Source of the DNA: Armatimonadota bacterium
GTDB lineage: Bacteria; Armatimonadota; UBA10988
Direction: 5' to 3'
Length of the DNA stretch: 33,480 bases
Assembly: GCA_016235455.1 (NCBI GenBank)
Contig: JACRKZ010000081.1
Span: 1-33,480 of the forward strand
In this document: in pieces, positions 20,452 through 32,300 of the stretch
Position numbering within the stretch: the first letter of the stretch is position 1
Layout of the letters: each line of letters begins with the position of its first letter
The notes under the pieces: model-generated
Databases searched by the model: none
What the model was told of the DNA's origin: nothing
The model's input: only the letters and a program-made list of their open reading frames with translations
Translations under genes and position numbers: made by a program

Positions 20452-23400
20452 GTGAGTGAAGTCGGACGGATCATCATCACAGGCGCGCGTGAGCACAACT
20501 TGCGGTCGGTGGACCTCGAGTTGCCGCGGGACCGGCTGATTGTCTTCACGGGGGTGTCGGGCTCGGGCAAGTCGTCCTTGGCGTTCGACACCATCTACGC
20601 CGAAGGTCAGCGGCGCTACATCGAGAGTCTGAGTGCGGGCGCCAGGCAGCACATGGGGCAGCTCAAGCGGCCCGACGTGGACCGCATCGAAGGCCTCTCG
20701 CCGGCCATCGCCATCGGCCAGAAGACCAGCGACAGCAACCCGCGCAGTACCGTGGCTACGGTCAGCGAGATCTACGACTATCTGCGCGTGCTCTATGCCC
20801 GGCTGGGCGGCATCGTGTGTTGCGGGCAACCGGTCGGTCGCCAGACCACCGAGGAAATGACTGAGCGCCTGCTGGCCCTGCCGCCGCGCTCGCGCGTGCA
20901 GTTGCTGGCGCCCGTGGCCCGCCTGCGCAAGGGCGAGTTCCAGGACGTGTTCGACGACGCGCGTCGCGCGGGGTTCGTGCGCGTCCGCGTGGACGGCGAG
21001 GTGCTCGACCTGAGCGAACGCATCGAGCTGGACCGCCAGCGTCGGCACGACATCGAGATTGTGGTCGACCGTCTGGTCATCAAGCCCGAGATCCGCACGC
21101 GCCTGGCCGACAGCCTCGACCTGGGCTTGCGCCATGGTGAAGGCACCGTCATCGCCAACATCATCGGACCGGACGATGATGAGTCCGGCTCGCGCGACCT
21201 GTTCTTCAGCCGCGACTTCTCCTGCCCGCGCTGCGGCACCAGCTACCAGGAGCCGTCGCCGCAATTGTTCAGCTTCAACTCGCCCCAGGGCATGTGCCCC
21301 AGTTGCCAGGGGCTAGGTGCCAAGGCGGCGCTGGACGTGACGCTGGCCGTGCCCGACGACAGCCTGAGCCTGGCCGATGGCGCCGTGGCGCCGTGGGGCG
21401 TGCCCTCGACGCTGCGGCTCCGCCATCAGCTCGACGGGCTGGCCAAACACTACGACTTCAGCCTCAAAACCCCCTGGCGTGACCTGTCCGAGGACGTGCG
21501 CCAAGTGGTGCTGCACGGCAGCGACCAGTCCATCCACTTCGTCTATCGCTCGCACAGCGGCAAACGCTATCCGTACGAGGGTACGTGGGGTGGCGTGCTG
21601 GGCACGCTGGGCAACACCGAGGACGCGTTCGACGAGGAGGAGACCCGCGGTCGCGCCGGCAGTTGGCTGACCACGGTGCCATGCGAGGAGTGCGCCGGCG
21701 AGCGGCTGTGCTCCGAGGCCCGCCGGGTGGAGGTCGAGGGCGTCAATATCAGCGAGCTCTGCGCGCGGACCATCTCGGGCGCGGCCGAGTTCTTCGACGA
21801 CCTGCGCCTGCTGGGCCAACGCGCGCTCATCGGCGAGGACCTGGTGCGCGAGATCCGCGGCCGGCTCAACTTCCTGCTCAACGTCGGCCTGCATTACCTG
21901 TCGTTGGACCGGCCCGCGCCGACTCTGTCCGGCGGCGAAGCCCAGCGCATCCGGCTGGCCAGCCAGATCGGCGCCGGCCTGGTGGGCGTGACGTACGTGC
22001 TGGACGAGCCGAGCATCGGCCTGCACCACCGCGACAACCGCCACCTGCTCAGCACGCTGCAGCGGCTGCGCGACCTGGGCAACACGGTCATCGTCGTTGA
22101 GCACGACGAGGAGACCATGCTGGCCGCCGACTACCTGGTCGACGTCGGGCCGGGCCCCGGCCGGCTGGGTGGGGAAGTGGTGGCCGCGGGCAGCCCAGAG
22201 GTGGTCTGCGCCAACCTCCACAGCCTGACTGCCGACTACCTCACGGGCCGCCGCGCCATCGCCAAACCGGAATCGCGGCGCGCCGTCGATCCCGAGCGGC
22301 AACTGGTCATCCGCGGCGCCCAGCAGAACAACCTGCTGGACATCGATGTCGCCTTCCCGCTGGGAGTGTTCGTCTGCGTCACCGGCGTCTCGGGCTCGGG
22401 CAAGTCATCGCTGGTCAACGACATTCTGCACGACGCGCTGGCCCGTGACCTCAACGGCGCCCAATGCCATCCGGGCCGTCATCGGTCGATCGAGGGCATC
22501 GAGCACCTGGACAAGGTCATCGCCATCGACCAAAGCCCCATCGGCCGCACGCCGCGCAGCAATCCGGCCACCTACACCAAAGTGCTCGACCCGATCCGGC
22601 AACTGTACGCCAAGCTGCCCGACGCGAAGATCCGCGGCTACGGCCCCGGCCGTTTCAGCTTCAACGTGCCCGGCGGGCGCTGCGAGGCCTGCGAGGGTCG
22701 CGGCTACCTGCGCATCGAGATGGACTTCCTCGACGATGTGTGGGTGGAGTGCGAGGTCTGCGGCGGCACGCGGTTCAACCTGGAGACGCTGCAGGTCAAG
22801 TTCAAGGGCAAGTCCATCGCCGACCTGCTGGGCATGGCCGTGGCCGAGGCGCTGGAGCTATTCTCCGACGTGCCCGCGGTGGCCAAGATCCTGCGTACCT
22901 TGTGCGATGTGGGCCTCGACTACATCCATCTGGGCCAGCCCGCGCCGACGCTGTCTGGCGGTGAGGCGCAGCGCATCAAGCTCGCGCGCGAACTGGCGCG
23001 GCGTTCCACGGGCAAGACGCTCTATCTGCTGGACGAACCCACCACCGGCCTGCATTTCGAGGACATCCGCAAGCTGCTGGGTGTGTTGCAGCGGTTCGTC
23101 GACGAGGGCAACACGGTCGTCGTCATCGAGCACAATCTCGATGTCATCAAGACTGCTGACTACCTGATCGACATGGGTCCCGAAGGCGGCGGCGGCGGCG
23201 GGCTGCTCATCGCGGCCGGCACGCCGGAGGCGGTGGCCGAGGTCGATGCCAGCCACACCGGCCACAGCCTGCGCGAGGTGTTGGGGCTGGAAGTGCGCCA
23301 CGCCATGCGCGCCACGCCAGGCGTGGAGGATGCGGAGCACCGCATCTCGCCCTGGGCGCCGCTCGACTCCGTGGTGGTCAAGGGCGCGCGCGCCCACAAC

Positions 23401-26400
23401 CTGAAGAACATCGACGCCGAGATCCCGCGTGGCAAGCTGACCGTGCTGACCGGCGTGAGCGGCAGCGGCAAGTCCTCGCTGGCGCTGGACACCATTTACG
23501 CCGAAGGCCAGCGCCGCTATGTGGAGAGCCTGTCGAGCTATGCGCGGCAGTTCATCCGCCAACTCGAGAAGCCGCCAGTCGACTTCGTGTCCGGCCTGTC
23601 GCCGGCGGTCAGCATCGAGCAGCGGCCCGGCAGCCGCAACCCGCGCAGCACCGTGGGCACGGTCACCGAGGTGCACGACTACCTGCGGCTTATCTGGGCC
23701 CGGCTGGGCACGCGGCACTGCGTTGACTGCGGCGGACTCGTCGGGCGTCAGACCGCGGATGAGATGACCGCGCGACTCACGGCGTTGCCGGAGGGCGCGC
23801 GCATCCTGGTCGCCGCGCCGCTGCAACTGGCCAAGAACGAGGAGTATGTCGACGCCTTCGCCCGGCTGGCTCGTGACGGCTTCCTGCGCGTGCGGGTCAA
23901 CGGCGAGGTGCGCGAGCTTGGCGAGGAGATCAGCATCGACCGGCGCCGGCGCCATCGCGTCGAGGTCGTGGTCGACCGCCTGGTGCTGCGTGGCGAGGAG
24001 CGCACGCGGCTGGCCGAGGCGGTGGAGCAGGCCATCACGCAAGGCGACGGTCAGATGATCGTCGAGGTCCTGCCCGGCTCGGAGGCGCTGGGCGTGCGGG
24101 CCGGCGATATCCTCTTCTCCACGCGCTGGACATGCGCCGACTGCGGCCGGGCCTATGACGAGCTGGGCCCGCAGCACTTCAGCTTCAACTCGCCCCTGGG
24201 CTGGTGTCCTGAGTGCGAGGGTCTGGGCACCCGGCAGGGCATCGTGCCCGACCTGCTGGTGGCCGCGGCCGACCAGCCGCTCGGCGCGGCGGCCATTCCG
24301 CTGTTGCCCATGGTGCTGCGCAAGCGCGCCGTGCGCATCGCCATGGAGGGCGCCGCCAAGCTGCGCGGCTGGCCCACGGATCAGCCGCTCGACACCTGGC
24401 CGCCGGAGGCGCTCGCGGAGCTGCTCTTTGGTTGTGAGGCACCGGTGCCGTATGTGACCGACGCCGGCGCGAAAACCACGGTCCACCACACCGGGCTGGT
24501 GCCGTTGCTGCAGGCGCTGTACGACGGCGGCGCCTACGTCGAGGAGATCAACGCCGTGCGCGGGGACCTGCCCTGCGACGTCTGCCAGGGCGCGCGGCTG
24601 CGACCCGAGGCGGCGGCGGTACGCTTCCGCGACCAGAGCCTGCAGCAGCTCGAGGAGCGCCCGCTGGCCGCGGCCCTGGCCTTTGCCGAGAGCCTCGTCC
24701 TCAGCGAACGCGAGCAGCTCATTGCCGTCGAACCGCTGCGCGAGACGGTGCGGCGGCTGCGCTTCCTGAACGATGTCGGGCTGAGCTACCTGACCCTGGC
24801 GCGCGGCAGCGGCACGCTGTCGGGCGGCGAGGCCATGCGTATCCGGCTGGCCAGCCAGATCGGCAGTGGCCTGACCGGCGTGCTGTACATCCTCGACGAG
24901 CCGACCATCGGCCTGCACCAGCGCGACAACGCCCGGCTGCTCGACGCGCTGGAGCGACTGCGCGACCTGGGCAATACCGTGCTGATGGTGGAACACGACC
25001 CGGAGGCCATCCGCCGTGGCGACCATGTCCTCGACTTCGGGCCAGGCGCCGGCGCGTTGGGTGGGCGCATCGTGGCCACCGGCACGCCCGACAACCTCGT
25101 CGGCGACGGTGCGTCGCTGACGGCCGACTACCTCAGCGGTCGGCGCGCCATCGAGGTGCCCAAGCGGCGGCGAGCCGGCTCGGGCCGCCAGTTGAGCGTC
25201 CTTGGCGCGCGCCATCACAATCTGCGCAATGTGGACATGCATCTGCCGCTGGGCACGCTGACGGCGGTCACCGGCGTGAGCGGCAGCGGCAAGTCTTCGC
25301 TGGTCGTCGACATCCTCTACCCGGCGCTGGCGAGGGCCCTGCACCGCGCGCGGCAGCCGGTCGGCACGCACACCAGCCTCGAGGGCCTGGAGTTCGTCGA
25401 CAAGGTGATCAGCATCGACCAGCGACCCATCGGCGACAACCCGCGCAGCAACTCCGCCAGCTACGTGGGTGTGTTCGACCTGATGCGCGAGTTGTACGCC
25501 ACGCGGCCCGAGGGCCGCGCGCGCGGCTATACCGACGCGCGCTTCAGCTTCAACCGGCCCGGCGGCCGCTGCGAGACGTGCTGGGGATTCGGCTCGCGCA
25601 AGGTCGAAATGCACTTCCTGGCCGACGTCTGGGTGCCCTGCGAGTCGTGCGGCGGCCACCGCTACAACGCCGAGGCCCTGGCCATCACGTTCAAGGAGCG
25701 CTCCATCGCCGATGTGCTGGAGATGACCGTGGACGAAGGGCTTGCGCATTTCGGCGACATCCCGCGCATCCGGCGCGCGCTGAGCACGTTGAGCGACGTG
25801 GGACTGGGCTACGTACAACTGGGCCAGAGCGCGCTGACCTTGTCCGGCGGCGAGGCGCAACGCGTCAAACTGGCGCGCGAGCTCTCAAGACCGAGCACTG
25901 GATCGACGTTGTACGTCCTGGATGAGCCCACCACCGGTCTGCACTTCGAGGACGTGCGGCGGTTGCTGACCGTGCTCGACCGTCTGGTCAACGCAGGTAA
26001 TACCGTGGTTGTCATCGAGCACAACCTGGATGTCATCAAGTACGCGGACCATGTGATCGATCTGGGGCCCGAAGGTGGCGATGGCGGCGGGCTGCTGATC
26101 GCCGCGGGTTCGCCAGAGCAGATCGCCAACACGCCCGGTTCGTACACCGGGCAGGCCCTGGCGGCGGTGCTGGAGCCCAAGCGCGAGGTAATGGTCGAGG
26201 CGACGACACCGGTGCTGGACGTCATCGCCGACCCGCAGGAGCGGTGGCATCGGCGGCAGCTGGCCTTCAGTCAGCAGGCCGACGCGGTGTGGCGCGAGTC
26301 TGACCTGACCTCACTTCTGGCGTTGGTACGTTCAGTCGACGCGAAGGTGAATGCGCCCGAGTGGGGAAACAAGGAATTCGTCAGCCTGGGCATCGAGGGT

Positions 26401-26694
26401 GTGCGTCGCTGGTGGGCACGCATCCGGACCAGCCGGCCCGACTGCCTGCGGCTCGTGGTGCGTACCGCGTCCGGGCGGCAGAGCGAGGCGGCGCTGGCCA
26501 GGAGGCTGGGCCTCCTGCCGTGGGAGCTTCAGGACCCGACCAAGAGTCGGCGCGGTCCGCGCGTGACGGTCAAGCGCGAGTCCAACGAGGATCTGGTGGC
26601 CTTCGACCTGGTTTCGGCCACAGAATGGTCCCAGCCTGTGTGGGTGGAAGTACTCGGCGAGCTGCTGCAGGCCTTCCTGGAGGACGATCGATGA
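20452..26694 (+). CDS. uvrA: excinuclease ABC subunit A, tandem-duplicated double-length form with a C-terminal extension
   Basis: Four GVSGSGKS Walker A motifs, four LSGGE signatures, four LDEP Walker B motifs, two copies of [11 protein letters not shown] and many CxxC zinc sites. GAGGTG RBS before GTG 20452. Confidence 0.95.
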   Translation: MSEVGRIIITGAREHNLRSVDLELPRDRLIVFTGVSGSGKSSLAFDTIYAEGQRRYIESLSAGARQHMGQLKRPDVDRIEGLSPAIAIGQKTSDSNPRSTVATVSEIYDYLRVLYARLGGIVCCGQPVGRQTTEEMTERLLALPPRSRVQLLAPVARLRKGEFQDVFDDARRAGFVRVRVDGEVLDLSERIELDRQRRHDIEIVVDRLVIKPEIRTRLADSLDLGLRHGEGTVIANIIGPDDDESGSRDLFFSRDFSCPRCGTSYQEPSPQLFSFNSPQGMCPSCQGLGAKAALDVTLAVPDDSLSLADGAVAPWGVPSTLRLRHQLDGLAKHYDFSLKTPWRDLSEDVRQVVLHGSDQSIHFVYRSHSGKRYPYEGTWGGVLGTLGNTEDAFDEEETRGRAGSWLTTVPCEECAGERLCSEARRVEVEGVNISELCARTISGAAEFFDDLRLLGQRALIGEDLVREIRGRLNFLLNVGLHYLSLDRPAPTLSGGEAQRIRLASQIGAGLVGVTYVLDEPSIGLHHRDNRHLLSTLQRLRDLGNTVIVVEHDEETMLAADYLVDVGPGPGRLGGEVVAAGSPEVVCANLHSLTADYLTGRRAIAKPESRRAVDPERQLVIRGAQQNNLLDIDVAFPLGVFVCVTGVSGSGKSSLVNDILHDALARDLNGAQCHPGRHRSIEGIEHLDKVIAIDQSPIGRTPRSNPATYTKVLDPIRQLYAKLPDAKIRGYGPGRFSFNVPGGRCEACEGRGYLRIEMDFLDDVWVECEVCGGTRFNLETLQVKFKGKSIADLLGMAVAEALELFSDVPAVAKILRTLCDVGLDYIHLGQPAPTLSGGEAQRIKLARELARRSTGKTLYLLDEPTTGLHFEDIRKLLGVLQRFVDEGNTVVVIEHNLDVIKTADYLIDMGPEGGGGGGLLIAAGTPEAVAEVDASHTGHSLREVLGLEVRHAMRATPGVEDAEHRISPWAPLDSVVVKGARAHNLKNIDAEIPRGKLTVLTGVSGSGKSSLALDTIYAEGQRRYVESLSSYARQFIRQLEKPPVDFVSGLSPAVSIEQRPGSRNPRSTVGTVTEVHDYLRLIWARLGTRHCVDCGGLVGRQTADEMTARLTALPEGARILVAAPLQLAKNEEYVDAFARLARDGFLRVRVNGEVRELGEEISIDRRRRHRVEVVVDRLVLRGEERTRLAEAVEQAITQGDGQMIVEVLPGSEALGVRAGDILFSTRWTCADCGRAYDELGPQHFSFNSPLGWCPECEGLGTRQGIVPDLLVAAADQPLGAAAIPLLPMVLRKRAVRIAMEGAAKLRGWPTDQPLDTWPPEALAELLFGCEAPVPYVTDAGAKTTVHHTGLVPLLQALYDGGAYVEEINAVRGDLPCDVCQGARLRPEAAAVRFRDQSLQQLEERPLAAALAFAESLVLSEREQLIAVEPLRETVRRLRFLNDVGLSYLTLARGSGTLSGGEAMRIRLASQIGSGLTGVLYILDEPTIGLHQRDNARLLDALERLRDLGNTVLMVEHDPEAIRRGDHVLDFGPGAGALGGRIVATGTPDNLVGDGASLTADYLSGRRAIEVPKRRRAGSGRQLSVLGARHHNLRNVDMHLPLGTLTAVTGVSGSGKSSLVVDILYPALARALHRARQPVGTHTSLEGLEFVDKVISIDQRPIGDNPRSNSASYVGVFDLMRELYATRPEGRARGYTDARFSFNRPGGRCETCWGFGSRKVEMHFLADVWVPCESCGGHRYNAEALAITFKERSIADVLEMTVDEGLAHFGDIPRIRRALSTLSDVGLGYVQLGQSALTLSGGEAQRVKLARELSRPSTGSTLYVLDEPTTGLHFEDVRRLLTVLDRLVNAGNTVVVIEHNLDVIKYADHVIDLGPEGGDGGGLLIAAGSPEQIANTPGSYTGQALAAVLEPKREVMVEATTPVLDVIADPQERWHRRQLAFSQQADAVWRESDLTSLLALVRSVDAKVNAPEWGNKEFVSLGIEGVRRWWARIRTSRPDCLRLVVRTASGRQSEAALARRLGLLPWELQDPTKSRRGPRVTVKRESNEDLVAFDLVSATEWSQPVWVEVLGELLQAFLEDDR

Positions 26695-27530
26695 GCCTGA
26701 GACGAGCGCTGGTGGCGGTTGTTGTCGCCGTAGCCCTGGCCACTCCCGGTGGTGCGGAAACGCTGCGCCTGAAGTTCAAGCCGGGGGAGAAGGTCACGTT
26801 TCGCGACCAGATGGCCATGGCCCTGGAGCGCACCTCCGACACGGACATGAACATGCGGCTGCAGATGCGCAGCGACAGCAAGGTGCGGCAGACGGTGAAG
26901 CACCTGGCCGATGGCTTGGCCACCTTGGAGATCGAGACGCTGGAGAACAGCACCGAGACCATACCCGAGGGCGGCAAGCCGGGCAAGTCGGAAGAGAAGG
27001 GCGACGGCGAGCGCATCAAGATTTCCGAGCGAGGGCTGATCTCCGAGCGCGTCTCGTTGGGCAAGGACACCAAGTCCGAGGAAGGCATTGACACCCTGGC
27101 CGTGCTCCAGCGCGTCATCGACGGCATGACCATGCCCGAGGAGGACGTCGAACCCGGCGGCGAGTGGTCGGACACGTACGAGGTCGCGCTGACCGACAAG
27201 GGCCTCAAGGGCCCCAAGACGTCGGTCGACCTGTCGGGCAAGTTCGAGCGACTGGTCATGCTCAAGGGCCGCGAGTGCGCGGAGTTGGTGGTTGACTTCA
27301 CGGCTCCGCTCGATATCGAGAAGACCGTGGAGATCGGCGAGGCCAAGGTCACCTGCAAAGGTTCGGTGATGGGCCACCTGACGATGTACCTGGATGTGGA
27401 GCGCGGCGAAAGCCTGGCCGAGACGGCCACCTATGGCGGGCACTTGGAGCTCAACATGGAGGTCGCCAAGCACAAGGTGCGTCTGGCCGAGACGCTCAAG
27501 ATGAACACCAAGACCCACAAGCTGGACTGA
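26691..27530 (+). CDS. secreted hypothetical protein, DUF6263-like (paralog 1)
   Basis: ATGA overlap with the uvrA stop; signal peptide [22 protein letters not shown]; LRLKFKPGE...MPEEDVEPGGEW...YLDVERG. Confidence 0.75.
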   Translation: MSLRRALVAVVVAVALATPGGAETLRLKFKPGEKVTFRDQMAMALERTSDTDMNMRLQMRSDSKVRQTVKHLADGLATLEIETLENSTETIPEGGKPGKSEEKGDGERIKISERGLISERVSLGKDTKSEEGIDTLAVLQRVIDGMTMPEEDVEPGGEWSDTYEVALTDKGLKGPKTSVDLSGKFERLVMLKGRECAELVVDFTAPLDIEKTVEIGEAKVTCKGSVMGHLTMYLDVERGESLAETATYGGHLELNMEVAKHKVRLAETLKMNTKTHKLD

Positions 27531-27540
27531 AGGGGATTCC

Positions 27541-28410
27541 GTGACGCGGCTGTCTGTGTGGTGCCTGCTGCTGTCGGCGGGACTGGCCTGCGCTCAGGTG
27601 GGCGAGCCAGTAACGCTGCGGCTGTCCGTGGGGCCTGACCTGGCCTGGCGATTCGTGGAGTCGCTGCATGGCAAGGGCACGCTGACGCGTGTACGCGGGC
27701 TGGCTGAGACCGCTGTAGGCGTCGAGGTGCGGGCCGACGGCACGCGGCTGTGGCGCTTCCTGGAGCCGGCCGACAACGGCTCGCGTCTGTCGGCGCGGAG
27801 CATGTCGGCCAAGGCCAGCCTGCGTCTGGTGGACGCGCCCGCGGACGGCCAGTACCAGCGCGAGCGCCCCTTCCGCTCCTACAGCCTGCTGGTCACGCCG
27901 GCTGGCGCGGTGCTGGATGCTGAGCTGTTGACCGATGCGCAGCCGGCCGAGCCGGGGGCCAACGAGCCGCCGGTGGAGTTGGACCTGACCGAGCTGTTCA
28001 CCGCACTGGAGTTAGGTCTCCTGCCGCCGTTGCCCGTGGCGCTTGGCGGCTCGTGGCAACTGCCGGCCGACAATGCTGAGCAGGACCGCAGCAAACTGGC
28101 GCTGCAGGCCAAGGGCAAGCTTGTGGAGCGCTCGGAGACCACGGCCGGCTCCGTGGCCGTACTCGACACATCGTTGACCGCCGCGCTGCCGTCGCGGCCC
28201 ACGCCGATCAAGGAGTTGCTGGTCAGCGGGCAGGTGGCGCTCAGCGCCCGAGTGCGCTTCAACCAGACGCTCGGCCGCGTCGACCACGTGGCCGGGCCGC
28301 TGACGCTGGATCTGCGTTACGCTTATCCGGATGCGCGCGGCGTCGTGGCCAAGGTGCGGCTGGAGCTGGCGCTCGAAGCCCGGCAGGAAGTCGCTATGCC
28401 GGCTCGTTGA
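27541..28410 (+). CDS. secreted hypothetical protein, DUF6263-like (paralog 2, divergent)
   Basis: AGGGGA RBS; signal peptide MTRLSVWCLLLSAGLACA; VTLRL...VTPAGAV...LPPLPVALGGSW...RFNQTLG. Confidence 0.7.
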   Translation: MTRLSVWCLLLSAGLACAQVGEPVTLRLSVGPDLAWRFVESLHGKGTLTRVRGLAETAVGVEVRADGTRLWRFLEPADNGSRLSARSMSAKASLRLVDAPADGQYQRERPFRSYSLLVTPAGAVLDAELLTDAQPAEPGANEPPVELDLTELFTALELGLLPPLPVALGGSWQLPADNAEQDRSKLALQAKGKLVERSETTAGSVAVLDTSLTAALPSRPTPIKELLVSGQVALSARVRFNQTLGRVDHVAGPLTLDLRYAYPDARGVVAKVRLELALEARQEVAMPAR

Positions 28411-28500
28411 CATCGTTTGGTCGGGCCTCGGCCGGGCCACATACAGAGTGTCGAAGTTGCTCGCTGACGCGGGACAGCGTGAGCTTGGCAGGAGATCGAG

Positions 28501-29355
28501 ATGAGCAGACTGGGCATGAACAGGATCGTAACCACCGGCCTGGCCGGGGTGCTGCTGACGGTCGCCGCCGCCGGGGCGACGACGTTGCGCTACACGCTCA
28601 AGGCGGGCGACGAATGGAAGTACCGTAACGTCATCGCCGCCGAGGGTACCCTGACCATCGCGGGCCCGCTCGGCGCACAGCCCATACCGGTCAAAGTCAA
28701 TGCCGACGAGACACGCACCCTCAAGGTGAGCGAGTCGGCCGGCGAGGGCTGGTTCTGGATGGAGAGCAAGCAGGTCAAGGGCACCTTGGCCGCGGTCGTG
28801 GGCGGCGAGGCCATGGGCCAGGGCGCGGAGGCGATGCCGCCGCTCAACTACAAGATGAAGATGAACGCCAAGGGTGATGTCTCGGAGTTGGAGACCATCA
28901 AGCCCGCCGAAGCCAACGCTCAGGCCAGCATCGACCTGAACCTGGGGCAGATCACGGCGCTGGCCGAGTTGACCGGCTTCCCCGAGGGTGATGTCGCCGC
29001 GGGCGCCACCTGGGACAAAGAGATCCCGATCAAGACCAAGGACGGCAAGACGCTCACCGCCAAGGTCTCCAACAAGCTGATCAGCGTCAACGACAACGAA
29101 GCCAAGATCGCCACCACGTACGACATGCCCATTCCGCCAACCGAAGGCACACTGAAGATGGGCATGGACATCCCGATCAGGATCGAGGGTCACGCCCTGG
29201 GTACCAGCGTGGTCATCTGGGACATCGCCAAGTCGTGCGTGCTGCGCAGCGAAGGCAACTCGACCATGGACGTCAAGCTCTACCTGGTCGGTTTGTCGAC
29301 CGAGCCGGCGATCGGCAAGTTCCTGATGGTGATCAAGGGCGAACTGGTGCAGTGA
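28501..29355 (+). CDS. secreted hypothetical protein, DUF6263-like (paralog 3)
   Basis: AGGAG RBS; signal peptide; TLRYTLKAGD...KMNAKGDV...FPEGDVAAGATW...IWDIAK. Confidence 0.78.
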   Translation: MSRLGMNRIVTTGLAGVLLTVAAAGATTLRYTLKAGDEWKYRNVIAAEGTLTIAGPLGAQPIPVKVNADETRTLKVSESAGEGWFWMESKQVKGTLAAVVGGEAMGQGAEAMPPLNYKMKMNAKGDVSELETIKPAEANAQASIDLNLGQITALAELTGFPEGDVAAGATWDKEIPIKTKDGKTLTAKVSNKLISVNDNEAKIATTYDMPIPPTEGTLKMGMDIPIRIEGHALGTSVVIWDIAKSCVLRSEGNSTMDVKLYLVGLSTEPAIGKFLMVIKGELVQ

Positions 29356-29380
29356 GCCGTACTTTGAGAGGAGTGCTCCA

Positions 29381-32300
29381 ATGAAGCTGAAGGCGCGGGG
29401 TCTGTGGCTGGCCGTCGTTGTGGCGGCCGCCTGCATGGCGCCGGCGAAAGCCGTGCCCATCCTGCCGCTCGACCAGGTCAAGGAAGGGATGAAGGGCTAC
29501 GGCCTGACGGTCTTCCAGGGCAGCAGGATCGAACGGTTCGACATCACGGTGCTGGGCGTGCTCCGCGCCTTCGACTTTCAGATGGACATGATCCTGATCC
29601 GCGTCGACAGCGGACCGGTGGTCACGCAGAAGCTCGGCTCGGTGGCGGGCATGAGCGGCAGCCCCATCTACGTCAACGACAAGCTGGTGGGGGCCTACGC
29701 CTATGGCTTCCCCTTCCAGAATGCACCTCTCGCCGGCGTCACGCCAATCGAGCAGATGCTCGAGCAGTTCGACCCCAAGCACCCGCAGGCCAAGGCTGCG
29801 GCCGCCCGGCGTAACGCCCTGGCCGGCCCGCCGGCCGCTGCTGGCACGCGTGCCGAAGGTGCGCTGCAGCCGGTGGGCGGCTCCGTCGTTCTCGAGGGCC
29901 GGCGCTTCTCCGAGGTGCGTGTGGCGGCCAACCGCAGCGACGCGGACACCATGCGCCGCATCCGACCCGATGTGGGTGTCATGGTGCCCGTCTCGACGCC
30001 GGTGCTGGTCAGCGGCGTGGGCGGCGCGGCCTTCCGACACCTGCAACGCATGCTGGAGCCGTTCAACCTGACCCCGATGCAGGCCGGGGCGGCGCAGGTG
30101 CCGGCCAACCCCAAGGTCGACTTCTCGCCCGGCGCGGCCGTGGGTGTGGCGCTGGTCACCGGCGACATCGAGATGACCGCCGTGGGTACGCTTACCTACC
30201 GTGATCAGGACACGGTCATGGCCTTCGGGCACCCGTTCTTCGGGCTCGGCGCGGTTGAGTTGCCGATGACCACCTGCTGGATTACCACCATCGTGCCGAG
30301 CTATGAGGGCTCGTTCAAGATGGGTGGCGCCATTGCGCCGGTCGGCAGCATCACCCAGGACCGCCCGACCTGTGTCGGCGGTAGCGTGGGCAAGGTGCCG
30401 GAGATGATCCCGGTCGAGTACCGCATGCACGACATCGTGCGCGAGGCCGACCGCACCTTCCGTTTCCGGGCCGCTCGGCAAGGCCGCATCACGCCGATGC
30501 TGGCCGCTCAGTTGCTCGAAGGCGCCATGGGCAGCGTCATCGGCGGTTCGTTCGAGGGCGTCATCAACTCCAAGGTCGAAGTGACCTGCCGCAACGGCAA
30601 GGCGGGTGACCCGCTGAGCATCGTGCGTCAGAACTGCTTCGACACGAAGCTCAGCTCGGCAGGGCTGGGTATGCCGCTCGAGGACTTGTTCATGACGCTG
30701 TCGCTGCTGCGGGTCAATCCGTGGGGTGACGCGCCAGTGCAGTCCATCAAGGTCGGCATGGACTTCGAGGCCGACCGCAAGTTGGCCAGCATCGAGCGCA
30801 TGAGGGCCTCCAAGCAGGTGGTCAAGCGCGGCGAGACCATCGAGGTCACCGCCTATCTCAAGGAATACGGCGGCAAGGCCAAGCCGACGACCGTGTCGCT
30901 GACCATCCCCGACAATGCGCCGCTGGGTCCCACGCTGACCATCCTGGCCGGCGGCGGCGTGGCCGCGGCGGTGCGCGAATTGGTCAATCCCGAGCCGTAC
31001 CCGCGCGATGTGCCGTCCATGGTCCGCTACCTGAACAGCTCGGTACGCAATGACTGCATCGTCGTCGAGATGGTGCAGCCCACCAACGGTCTGGAGTTCT
31101 CTGGCCGCGTCATGCACGACATGCCCAACCCGGTGTCCGCCGCCCTGGAGACGGCCGACATGGAGAGCCTGTCGCAGCGCATGGATGTGGTTGAGCAGAT
31201 CATCCCCACCGATGGCGTGGTGACCGGGGCCAACGCCGTGCTGCTGGAGGTCGTCGGCGATGACGGCCGGCGCGCCGACCGCGGGACGGTGGATGTCGAC
31301 CAGATCGACTCGCCCCGCCACGGCTCGTTCGGCTCGCCCGGCATGGGTGGCATGATGATGGCCGCTGGCCGCGAGCTCGACGTCATGTTCGGCAAGGCCG
31401 TCCCGACCGATGAGGTCCGCTGGCTGGCTACGCCATCGGGCGATCCCTACCATGTGCGCGAGTCGCTGAGCCAGGCGGTAAAGGCGGCCTGGTCCGGCTA
31501 CCGTCCGGCGCGTGCCTCCTGGCCCTTGGCTGCTCGCCCCGTGCCGCGCGCCGTGGGCGACAGCAAGGTGCAGCCGGCTGACGACACCGAGGCCGGCGCA
31601 GCCGACGGTGACAAGCCGGACGTGACGGGTGACCTGGGCTTGGGCAAGCCGCCCAAGATGCCCGGCTACAAAGAGCTCGCGGACATCAAGTCCGGCGACC
31701 TCGGCGCGGACACGCCAAGCGACGGCAGCGGTGGAGAGGGCAGCGACGAGGACGGCGAGCCCGTGGCTCGACCCGTATCCAGCTGGACCGTGACCACGGC
31801 CGAGGAGTTCGGCGCCGGCCAGTTTGACCACACCTACACCGACAGCGGTGGCTCCGTGCGGCTGGCGCCCTCGGTGGCGACCCTGGGCCGGCCAGACGTC
31901 GAGCGCGCCTGGGCCGTCCTGCCACGGCCGGACGGCAGTGTGGTGGTCGGCTCGTGGGGCGAGAAGGCCAAGGTCGTCAAGCTGGTGGTCGGAGCCAAGC
32001 CCGAAGTGCTGGCCGACCTGGACGAGGCCGGTGTCGGTGCGCTGGGCGCGCTGGCCGACGGCACGCTCATCGCCGGCACGGTGCCCTCGGGCAAGCTCTA
32101 CCGGCTCGGCGCCGAGGGCAAGTCCACGGTCTTCTGCGAGCTGCCCGAACCCTATGTGTGGTCGCTCCTGCCTGACGGCAAGGGCGGACTTTACGCGGCG
32201 ACGGGCAACCACGGCCGCGTGTATCAGATCGACGCCCAAGGCAAGGCGACGCCGGTCATGCAGGTGGGCGACCGCCACATCATGGCGATGGTCCAGGCCC

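Noticed and set aside
22858-25860. 1000-aa minus-strand ORF opposite uvrA
   Set aside because: Antisense shadow of uvrA.
28407-28440. TTGACA as the -35 of an internal promoter
   Set aside because: No plausible -10 at 16-18 nt spacing; the hexamer overlaps the upstream stop codon.
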